A stretch of DNA of 64,000 bases from a virus (lineage: Duplodnaviria; Caudoviricetes), in IMG/VR virus record IMGVR_UViG_3300014205_000206, positions 1 to 64,000 of that record; one strand, given 5' to 3'. Below the pieces are notes generated by a model. The model was given only the letters and a program-made list of their open reading frames with translations. It was not told the origin of the DNA and did not search any database. The translations under genes and the position numbers were made by a program. Of this stretch, positions 45,971 through 53,800 are shown piece after piece (the first letter of the stretch is position 1; each line of letters begins with the position of its first letter).

Positions 45971-46501
45971 ATGGAAAGCGTAATCGGAAACTGGTTTCTC
46001 ACCTACACCGGAAAGAAAGTAGACCCTTTTCGGATGACAGCGGACGATGTGTGCATCGAGGATATCGCCCACTCATTGTCCCAAATATGCCGTTTCAACG
46101 GCCACTGCTGCGCGTTTTACAGCGTAGCGCAGCATAGTATCTACGTTGCATCCATCCTGCCGCCCGAGTTGAAATTCGTCGGATTGATGCACGATGCCAC
46201 GGAGGCTTACTGTGGCGACATGATCCGACCCATCAAAGTGTCCATGCCTACCTACAAAAGTCTTGAATACGTCATCTGGCTAGCTATCGCGCAAAAGTAT
46301 GACCTGCCAACCGAGCTTCCCAAGGAAGTCAAAGCCGCAGATAACTCCATGCTGATGACCGAGCGCCGCGACCTGCTCAAGTGGACACCCGATGACTGGA
46401 ACGTTCCGGAGCAACCGCAGGATTTTTTCGTCTACCCGAAACCGTCAAGGCAAGCAGAAGCCAACTTCTTGTCGTTCTTCCATAGGTTGCACAAGCCATG
46501 A
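45971..46501 (+). CDS. HD-domain phosphohydrolase (YfdR/YfbR-like)
   Basis: EDIAHSLSQICRFNGH...YSVAQHS...LMHDATEAYCGD. Confidence 0.9.
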   Translation: MESVIGNWFLTYTGKKVDPFRMTADDVCIEDIAHSLSQICRFNGHCCAFYSVAQHSIYVASILPPELKFVGLMHDATEAYCGDMIRPIKVSMPTYKSLEYVIWLAIAQKYDLPTELPKEVKAADNSMLMTERRDLLKWTPDDWNVPEQPQDFFVYPKPSRQAEANFLSFFHRLHKP

Positions 46502-46974
46502 TCTCCGAATTCCAAGGTAAGTACCGATGGTTGTCTAATTTCTGGACGCTCAAAGTCCCTGTTGAATTCAATGGGGCCAAGTTCTACACGGTGGAGGTGG
46601 CTTACCAATCGGCGAAATGCTTACAGATAGAAGATTTCCGATGGATACAGCAGCTATCTCCCGGACAAGCAAAGCGCTACGCCAGAACCATGGTAGTGCG
46701 CGACGACTGGAACGATAGCCGAAAGCTTGAAGTCATGCGAATCCTTGTCTGCCAGAAGTTCTACAAAAACCGCGAGCTAGCTGAGTTGCTCGTTGAAACT
46801 GGCGATCAAAAGCTAGTAGAAGGAAATACTTGGGGAGACCGATTTTGGGGTGTCTGCAACGGCGCAGGGGAAAATAACCTCGGCAAAATCCTGATGGAAG
46901 CGCGCTATTCACTGATTGAAGACCTTAACCGTGAGTGTGGCAACTTCGCTTTCGCTGACTATGGTGACGAATGA
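46498..46974 (+). CDS. NADAR family protein
   Basis: WLSNFW...EVAYQSAK...KFYKN...LVEGNTWGDRFWG...GENNLGKILMEAR. Confidence 0.92.
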   Translation: MISEFQGKYRWLSNFWTLKVPVEFNGAKFYTVEVAYQSAKCLQIEDFRWIQQLSPGQAKRYARTMVVRDDWNDSRKLEVMRILVCQKFYKNRELAELLVETGDQKLVEGNTWGDRFWGVCNGAGENNLGKILMEARYSLIEDLNRECGNFAFADYGDE

Positions 46975-47341
46975 CAGACTACCTAAAGAAATTCGGCCTT
47001 TTCATTCTCAAGGCAGCGCTCAAGGCGACCATACTAACACTGCTGTTCAACCTAGTTAATTTGATGTTCGAAACGCCGAGTTACCATCTATTCACAGCCT
47101 GGGTCGCATCGTTTGCGACACTTGTAGCCCACAACAAGGAGCGACCATGAGCAATGACCGATTCACCCTAGCTGCCATCGACAACCTTCTTGAAAACGGA
47201 GCGAAATTCCATTTCGAAGACCCCGTCGTGCAAAAAGAAGACGGAATGGTCGTCGTCAAAGACAAAGGGAAAATCATGCTGCTTATGTCCGAAACGGCGT
47301 GGCAAAAGCTGATTATGGTCCGACGCGATGGCAAAGAATGA
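46971..47341 (+). CDS. two small genes: membrane peptide 46971-47150 and hypothetical 47147-47341
   Basis: Consecutive ATGA overlaps; first ORF (59 aa, hydrophobic) is below the track cutoff. Confidence 0.55.
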
Positions 47342-47697
47342 AAGTCATCGTCTGCGGCAGTCGCCACATCTCTCCATGGCTGTGGGTGCAAACCGTGAAG
47401 CACGAGCTGGTGAAGATGAAGGCGACAGAGGTGGTTTCCGGTGCCCAGCGGGGCGGCGATCAGGCTGGTGAAATGGCTGCGAAGCATCTCGGACTCCCGG
47501 TCAAGCTGTTCCCCGCCGATTGGGACAAATACGGCTATGCCGCCGGTCCCATCCGCAATAAGCAAATGGCGCTCTACGCCGATGCCTGCATCGCTCTACC
47601 AGGAGGAGTTGGAACCAATGGTATGGTGCGACTAGCCAAGGAGCACGGGCTCATCGTTGTTGAATTCGCGAAACTACCTACAGCGGACATCATTTGA
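47338..47697 (+). CDS. YspA/SLOG family protein
   Basis: VIVCGSR...VVSGAQRGGD...PADWDKYGYAAGPIRNKQM...GGVGTNGM. Confidence 0.9.
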   Translation: MKVIVCGSRHISPWLWVQTVKHELVKMKATEVVSGAQRGGDQAGEMAAKHLGLPVKLFPADWDKYGYAAGPIRNKQMALYADACIALPGGVGTNGMVRLAKEHGLIVVEFAKLPTADII

Positions 47698-47704
47698 GGA
47701 ATCT

Positions 47705-48145
47705 ATGAACGAACTGGAATTTTACAGAGCCGTATTCAACCTTCTAGACGAACAAAAAGAGTGCATCTCCAGTGAAGATATCTACGTCATTGCCCCCAAT
47801 AATGGAAAGCAAGTTCGCATTTTCATTATGTGCAGCGATGTTTTCGATTGGGGCACTGCCGATTCCGACGAGCTAACTCCGGACGATATCGAGCCAATCA
47901 AGCAAGCTTGTCGCGACTGCGAAGCTGCTCACCCCGTATTCGGACACATTTGGGGAGGTATGCTTTGGGCCTCGCGCAAACGCTGTGTCCGACCGCAAGG
48001 AGCCATGTGGTCCAGCATCCCAACACCACTCTGGCCACTATTCGAAGCAGCAGCGCCGGAGCGTCCGGTGAATCTACTCAATCCACTTACGCCGCAACAG
48101 GCTGTCGAGCGTAAAGAATCGAAGATGAAGGATAACCAGCGATGA
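47705..48145 (+). CDS. hypothetical protein
   Basis: GAGG RBS; CSDVFDWGTAD...RPQG motif. Confidence 0.65.
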   Translation: MNELEFYRAVFNLLDEQKECISSEDIYVIAPNNGKQVRIFIMCSDVFDWGTADSDELTPDDIEPIKQACRDCEAAHPVFGHIWGGMLWASRKRCVRPQGAMWSSIPTPLWPLFEAAAPERPVNLLNPLTPQQAVERKESKMKDNQR

Positions 48146-48468
48146 CCAACGAAAGAACCGTACCGAACAGTCCACATCACTACCACACCTACGTGCTCGC
48201 ATTCGATGAGTTCCGAAACATGTGGCGCTTGAGCGCCAACGGAGTCATCGTGCCGCTCAACATCCTGTCGCAAGATCACGAAGAACGCTACGTGAAGCTC
48301 GGGCAAATCCGAGGCAAGGAAGCCCGCGAGCTGGCGATCCATGTGGCGCGTACTATGCTAGAGCACACCTACCAGAGCTTCGATCAGGCATCCAAACTAG
48401 TTGTGCTAGACGAAAACGGAGAAGTCAACTATACTTTCATTGTGCCGACAACTGCGGAACAATACTAA
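48142..48468 (+). CDS. hypothetical protein
   Basis: ATGA overlap; 108 aa. Confidence 0.6.
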   Translation: MTNERTVPNSPHHYHTYVLAFDEFRNMWRLSANGVIVPLNILSQDHEERYVKLGQIRGKEARELAIHVARTMLEHTYQSFDQASKLVVLDENGEVNYTFIVPTTAEQY

Positions 48469-48506
48469 GGTCATTTGGCTTTCCAGTTTTACGGAGAAAT
48501 CGACTC

Positions 48507-49082
48507 TTGACCGGCGTTTACGCGATCCTGAACAAAAAAACGGGCCAGCAATATATTGGCTCAGCCGTGAGCATTAAACGACGATGGCACGCTCACAAAT
48601 GCACGCTCCGCAAGGGCAAACATAAGAACCGCCAGCTTCAAGCTGCTTGGAATCTGGACGGCGAGGCTGCGTTCGAATTCAGGATCATCACGCTTTGTAG
48701 CAAGTGGGAAGCGCTGGTGTGGGAGCAGCAAGCCATGGAGACACAGGACTGCTCCTACAACATCGCTCCTACTGCCGGGACCACGGCTGGGGTGTCCCTA
48801 ACTACCGAGACTATCGCCAAGATGAAGGCTGCAAAGGCTAACGTCAGCGATGTCACACGGGAGCGAATCAGTCAGTCGATGATGGGGCACGTTACTAGTG
48901 AAGAAACCAAGCGCAAGATTAGCCAAGCTACCAAGGGTCGGAAACTGAGCCCAGAGCAAGTTGCCAAGCGACGCGGGAAGAAAGCTTCTATTGCAACTCG
49001 CGAGAAAATACGTCAAGCTCGGCACAAGACGTATCTAACCAAAAACAGACTGTTCGTATCACCTACCAAGGAGAGCACATGA
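48507..49082 (+). CDS. GIY-YIG homing endonuclease with NUMOD3 repeats
   Basis: GVYAILN...YIGSA...RRWHAH; TTG start after GGAGA. Confidence 0.88.
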   Translation: MTGVYAILNKKTGQQYIGSAVSIKRRWHAHKCTLRKGKHKNRQLQAAWNLDGEAAFEFRIITLCSKWEALVWEQQAMETQDCSYNIAPTAGTTAGVSLTTETIAKMKAAKANVSDVTRERISQSMMGHVTSEETKRKISQATKGRKLSPEQVAKRRGKKASIATREKIRQARHKTYLTKNRLFVSPTKEST

Positions 49083-49474
49083 CCACGAAGCGGAATCTAA
49101 GCGACGAAGCACGCAAGCGCATGGGCGATGCCCGCAGGGGCAAAACGTTGTCGGCGGAAACAAAGCAGAAGATTAGCGAGGCTATGAAGGGCCATCCAGT
49201 GAGCGAGGAAACAAAGCTCAAAATCAGCGTCGGGAACACCGGCAAGATCGTAACCGAGGAAACCCGGCTCAAGATGTCGTTGGCGCTTGCTGGCAAAAAG
49301 CGGACCCCCATGAGCGAGGAGACGAAGGCAAGGATCAAGGAAACAAAGGCTGCTGCGGCAAAGCTCAAGGAGGCTTCGAAGGGGGATGCCACACAGGCAG
49401 AGCCAAGCAAGACTACGGAAGCTGCCGCTGACGCGATCATCGAGAAGCTGAAGGCTGAGGTAATGGGCGAGTAA
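49079..49474 (+). CDS. stand-alone NUMOD3-repeat protein
   Basis: Repeated SEETK/RxKMS units without a nuclease domain. Confidence 0.75.
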   Translation: MTTKRNLSDEARKRMGDARRGKTLSAETKQKISEAMKGHPVSEETKLKISVGNTGKIVTEETRLKMSLALAGKKRTPMSEETKARIKETKAAAAKLKEASKGDATQAEPSKTTEAAADAIIEKLKAEVMGE

Positions 49475-49737
49475 GTAAGGTTGCAGGGTGGGAGAGAACG
49501 GGGTTGGGCACTCCCACAGTACAAAGCTCAAACTTGGTCGCCGCACGGGAGAGTGGGACCCCCTGCCGGGTCACACCCGAAAAAAATCATCGGTCCCCAC
49601 CCCCACCTCCGGGGGGATAGTTAGCATAATGGTGCGCGTTTTAGCGCCTAATGTGGCGTCAACTAGTGTAAATACCGCGACGCTAACTATATAACCGAAT
49701 GGTTATGCAACCTGGTGCATGGCATTGTAAATAGTTG

Positions 49738-49766
49738 TTGACATACCGGCGGCACCGTTCTAATAT
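49738..49766 (+). promoter_or_regulatory. sigma70 early promoter
   Basis: TTGACA-17 nt-TAATAT. Confidence 0.8.
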
Positions 49767-49818
49767 CTACATGTCGGACGGAACGAACCGCCCGCCATGC
49801 CGCATAGGATTCTAGACC

Positions 49819-50433
49819 ATGACCGCCACCCGCACCGCCCGCCGCACCGCCACCCCGCCCGCCGCCGATATCACCGTTCCGCCCGCCGCCGATATCACCG
49901 TTCCGCCCGCCGTTCCGCCCGTGTGCGACGTGTGCGCGCGGTACGCTAGCATTGCGGGAAACGTCACCCGCGACGGACACGTCTACGTCAACCGCGCGAC
50001 CGTTCCGGAATGCAACGCCGACGTCGCGCGCGATCGCATCGCGAACGATACCGCGCGCGCCGCGCGTAACGTCGCGACGTCGGACCACGATCGCGCGGCC
50101 GCGAACGTCGCCGTGAAACGGACCGGTGACCGCGTATGGCGCACGCGCAACCCGCACGGTTTGGGCGGCACGGTCACCGCGACCCGCGCGACCCGGACCG
50201 CGCCCACCGTCACCGCGCCACCCGCGTACTATGCCGCGTGTGTCGCGACGGCGAACCGTTTCACGGCGGCGGGAATGGCGACGACGCCGGAACACGTCGC
50301 GGCCGAAATCGCCGCACACGTTGACGCGTTCATCGCGGGAATCAACGTTGACGCGGTCTACATGGACGCGTTCAACGCGAAAATTGCCGCGACGTTGGAC
50401 GCGATCGCGACGTTGACGAACGCGACCGCGTAA
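49819..50433 (+). CDS. Ala/Thr/Arg-rich hypothetical protein, first gene of the early region
   Basis: AGGA RBS; 204 aa; 24-bp duplication (PPAADITV x2); downstream hairpin. Confidence 0.7.
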   Translation: MTATRTARRTATPPAADITVPPAADITVPPAVPPVCDVCARYASIAGNVTRDGHVYVNRATVPECNADVARDRIANDTARAARNVATSDHDRAAANVAVKRTGDRVWRTRNPHGLGGTVTATRATRTAPTVTAPPAYYAACVATANRFTAAGMATTPEHVAAEIAAHVDAFIAGINVDAVYMDAFNAKIAATLDAIATLTNATA

Positions 50434-50441
50434 CACAATCG

Positions 50442-50470
50442 GACGCGGGCCGCGCGTTGCGGCCCGCGTC
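50442..50470 (+). terminator. 12-bp hairpin, probable terminator or stabiliser
   Basis: GACGCGGGCCGC-GCGTT-GCGGCCCGCGTC; weak U tail. Confidence 0.55.
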
Positions 50471-50505
50471 TATTCCACCCCACCCCTACTAGAACGGAGA
50501 ACACA

Positions 50506-50700
50506 ATGCGGCCCGACATGACGATGCAGAAAGCGGAAGCCCTAGTTGCCAAAGCGGTGAGCGAAGTAGAGGCGGATGAGGCGTTTGCCCGATACGATGG
50601 GTTCGACGTTCGCGAATGGCGTATCGCGCGGCGTGAACGCGCCCGGCATGAACGCGCCATGATCGAAACCGCGGACGGGATCGCGTTCCGCATGTCGTGA
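50506..50700 (+). CDS. small hypothetical protein
   Basis: GGAGA RBS. Confidence 0.65.
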   Translation: MRPDMTMQKAEALVAKAVSEVEADEAFARYDGFDVREWRIARRERARHERAMIETADGIAFRMS

Positions 50701-50712
50701 TCGGGTAGTAGT

Positions 50713-50742
50713 GCATCCCACGATCCGGTGATCGTGGGATGC
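50713..50742. repeat. 13-bp perfect inverted repeat
   Basis: GCATCCCACGATC-CGGT-GATCGTGGGATGC. Confidence 0.85.
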
Positions 50743-50792
50743 GACGTTACCCGAAGCGATAGCAAGTAAACCGCAGAGCAAAGGAGCAGACC

Positions 50793-51199
50793 ATGAAAGC
50801 ACAGGCGTACGGAGTGAAGGCGGTCACGGTGGATGGCGCAAGGCGGCAAGAGCGGCTGGCCAGCATCAAGGCTGAGATCGCGGCGAGCCACAACGAAGTC
50901 ATCAAGGGGGAACAGTCCATCGCCTTCGCCAAGGCGGACCGCAGGGCGGCAGTAAAGCGCCTCGACAGGGCGCGCAAGGAACTCGGAGCGTTCGTCGAAG
51001 TGAACATGGACTGCATCGAGGTGAAGTGGTGACCGCCCAAGTCCAGCAGATGCTCGCGGAACACTTCTTCGGCGGCGCAGCGCTCGGATTCCTGCTCGGC
51101 GTCACGCTCGTGCTGGTCTGCGTGTTCAAGTACCGCGAGTGGGACGAGAAGCGATTCGAACAGAAGTGGCACGTTCGGCGGTACGGACGGCGAATCTAG
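50793..51199 (+). CDS. two small genes: coiled-coil 50793-51032 and membrane peptide 51029-51199
   Basis: AAGGAG RBS; GTGA overlap. Confidence 0.65.
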
Positions 51200-51220
51200 G
51201 CGCGACGCGATCCGCACGAT

Positions 51221-51255
51221 GGCCCAGGTCGAAGTTGACCTGGGCCTTTACTTTT
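51221..51255 (+). terminator. intrinsic terminator
   Basis: GGCCCAGGTC-GAAGTT-GACCTGGGCC-TTTACTTTT. Confidence 0.8.
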
Positions 51256-51443
51256 GTGTCTCCTCGCTTTACTTACTTAACTCTCTTTTCCTATCTAACT
51301 TAGGCGTCTCCCGGCTTTACTTGGCTTGACTTGAAAGCGGCGAAGTGGCACACAAGTTGAATAGAGGCAATGCGGCAAGTAAAGCGGGGCGAGCGGTTGT
51401 GTGCAAAGTAAAGCGGGCGGCGGCAATCAAGCTAAAATAAGTG

Positions 51444-51472
51444 TTGACAAAGCGGATGGACGTTGCTATTCT
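51444..51472 (+). promoter_or_regulatory. sigma70 early promoter
   Basis: TTGACA-17 nt-TATTCT. Confidence 0.8.
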
Positions 51473-51551
51473 ACCTATGGTTCATTGAGAGTTGGCTTGG
51501 GGCGGTCGGTTGGCAATCACGCCATCGACCGGAAGTAAAGGAGTAACGAAC

Positions 51552-51983
51552 ATGAAGGCTTCTGGTTTCGACTACGCAAACGCGCAATCCGACGACTTGG
51601 TGGTCCACATGATGTCTCACTTCGTTGAACACGAAGACTTCGACCGGATCACCGATGCGGCGCACGAAGTCATCCTCAACTTGATCGTGTCCCTCACTTG
51701 CGCCGTGGACAATTCGGAACGCGGCTGGAAGCCTGTCACCGACAACTTCGCGGTCCCGGTCGCCGTTCCGGAAGCCGTTCCCGAAACCGCAAACCCCTTC
51801 CACGCCTTCTGCCGCAACCGATACGAAAAGCTCAAGTCCGACCTGAACTGGGCGAACGACCAAGTGCGCTCGGCGGACTTGGCCGGGAACAAGGCTCGGC
51901 GGTTCCGCACCACCGCCAAGCGTCAACTGGCCAAGTTCTTCGTCGAGAACGTCGGAATGTTCGTCTACCACGGCTCGAAGTAG
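51552..51983 (+). CDS. hypothetical protein (MKASGFDY...)
   Basis: AAGGAG RBS; own promoter and terminator. Confidence 0.75.
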   Translation: MKASGFDYANAQSDDLVVHMMSHFVEHEDFDRITDAAHEVILNLIVSLTCAVDNSERGWKPVTDNFAVPVAVPEAVPETANPFHAFCRNRYEKLKSDLNWANDQVRSADLAGNKARRFRTTAKRQLAKFFVENVGMFVYHGSK

Positions 51984-51993
51984 CCCGAAAGCC

Positions 51994-52028
51994 AAAAACG
52001 GCCCGCAGAAGCCTTGCGGGCCGTTTTT
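51994..52028. terminator. bidirectional intrinsic terminator
   Basis: AAAAACGGCCCGCA...TGCGGGCCGTTTTT. Confidence 0.85.
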
Positions 52029-52294
52029 GCGCGTGTGGGCCACTTTTTCGAGCCTAGAGCGAGCCCGGCGGCGAGCAAGCCGCACGGCTTGCTCGCGACT
52101 TTGCGGGCGCTCGGCTAAAAGGCGCAAAAGCGGCATAAAAGCGCACCTGGGCGTCTAGTTCGCAAAAGCAGCATTTCCCGTAACTTAGCGATTTTCGGCT
52201 TTACTTGGCTTGACTTCAAAAACGCCAAGTGGCATGGGAGCTGCATGCTAATAAGCAAAGTTAAGCGCGCAGTAAAAATAAGTTCGCTTACCTA

Positions 52295-52323
52295 TTGACA
52301 CAAGCATGGTAGGTTGGTATTCT
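52295..52323 (+). promoter_or_regulatory. sigma70 early promoter
   Basis: TTGACA-17 nt-TATTCT. Confidence 0.8.
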
Positions 52324-52416
52324 ATGCATGTGGTGATTGATAAGTTGCTTTAGTTGGTCCGGTAGTACCGGACGCGGCAATCATGCCGCTTCCGCGAAGT
52401 CCGATAGGAGTAAGTA

Positions 52417-52998
52417 ATGTCCAAGAACAACCAGCAGCCGAAGCAGACCGCCGAAGTCGCCGCCACCGAGCAGACCGCTCCCGCCACCGAGCAGACCGCT
52501 CCCGCCACCGAGCAGACCGCTCCCGCCGCTCCGCGCCAGCCCATCGTGCTCGACATGGAGGCCATCGCGGCGCAGGAAGTCATCGTCGCGGATCTCACCG
52601 CCAAGCTCGAAGCGGCCAAGGCCGGCGGAAACGACCACGCCATCGCCGAAGCGAAGAAGATCCGCAAGGGCGCCACCGACAAGTTGTGGCGCTTGCAGAA
52701 CCCCGGCGGCAAGGGTGGCACGCGCTCGCCCAACTCGCCCAAGGCCGCGAGCAACCCCAACACGCTCCACATCGCGCTTCCCGAAGCGACCGTCACGGCG
52801 CTCGACGCGGCCGTCGCCAAGTTCGCCCCGGTCGGGCTCGACCGCTCCGCCGCTCTGAACATGGTCATCGAGAGCGCCACCGAGTCGATCCTCAAGTTCG
52901 ACTCCGTCGAGTCCTTCGCCACCGGGCTGAAGGCTCTGCTCGACGCCAAGATCGCGGCCATGGTCGCGCTCCAGAGCGACCTCCTCGCCTCCAAGTAG
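52417..52998 (+). CDS. hypothetical protein with ATEQTAP x3 repeat and C-terminal RHH-like motif
   Basis: 21-bp tandem repeat at 52461-52527; strong C/G-ending codon bias; LHIALPEATVTALDAAV...DRSAALNMVIE. Confidence 0.75.
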   Translation: MSKNNQQPKQTAEVAATEQTAPATEQTAPATEQTAPAAPRQPIVLDMEAIAAQEVIVADLTAKLEAAKAGGNDHAIAEAKKIRKGATDKLWRLQNPGGKGGTRSPNSPKAASNPNTLHIALPEATVTALDAAVAKFAPVGLDRSAALNMVIESATESILKFDSVESFATGLKALLDAKIAAMVALQSDLLASK

Positions 52999-53004
52999 TT
53001 CTCC

Positions 53005-53044
53005 AGCCCCGCAGCGGTCCCCAAGCCGCTGCGGGGCTTTTTTG
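53005..53044 (+). terminator. intrinsic terminator
   Basis: AGCCCCGCAGCGG...CCGCTGCGGGGCT-TTTTTG. Confidence 0.85.
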
Positions 53045-53284
53045 TGCCCGCCGCCTACTTCGCTTCGCCCAGGTCCGTCCGCAGCCTCGGTTTCTTAGCT
53101 TTTGTGGTTTTCCGCTTTACTTGGCTTAACTTCAAAGGCGGGAAAAGCGGCAAAAGCGGCTAAGCAAGGCGTCCAAGGCGAATTCTAGTAAAACGGCGCC
53201 GCTTTACTTCAGAGCGCCATGCTGGGCGCGGCTTTGCTCGTAAAGCGTCGAGCCAACAAAAGCTAAAATAAGTGACCTTACCTA

Positions 53285-53313
53285 TTGACTCAAGTGCGCT
53301 TAGATGGTATTAT
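53285..53313 (+). promoter_or_regulatory. sigma70 early promoter
   Basis: TTGACT-17 nt-TATTAT. Confidence 0.8.
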
Positions 53314-53800
53314 AGGCATGTAATAAGGAATATGTACTTGGTTGGCTGCTGGCGGCGGGTGGGCGGATCGAGCAACTTGGAGTGCCGATCAAGCCCGATA
53401 TGGTGGCCGAAAGTCACCCCCGTTTGTAGGGCGAGGTAAAAGCTAGGCGCGGCACCGGAGCCCGGTGAGCCAAGCGAAACGCCTCGGGGTCCTTGACAGG
53501 TTTGTGTAGAGCACTTCAAGCCGTCCACACCAATGGATCGCTCTGGGAGTATCTTGGCCAGCGGAGCGTGAAGTTTATCAATGTGTGGCTCGTGTGCTTG
53601 CAAGATCACGGCTCGTAAATCACGATAGAAGGCCGCAAGCGCTTGGTTGCGACTTGCGGGGGACCGCATTACTCAGAAATCAAAACATTTAGCTTAAAGT
53701 GGGCCTTCCGGCCCATGACGAGCGCTCCGAAAGCGTTGCTGGACGAGCGTTCATCAAGTGCCGGAATTCACCGAGCGCTTACAGTAAAAAAGGAGTATGT

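Noticed and set aside
45971-46501. DatZ / Z-genome pathway
   Set aside because: A generic HD hydrolase; no purZ in the window.
53310-53669. Minus-strand 119-aa ORF; RNase P, group I or group II identity for this region
   Set aside because: The ORF opposes a strong + promoter and lacks an RBS. The conserved RNase P P4, group I P7 and group II domain V sequences were not found.
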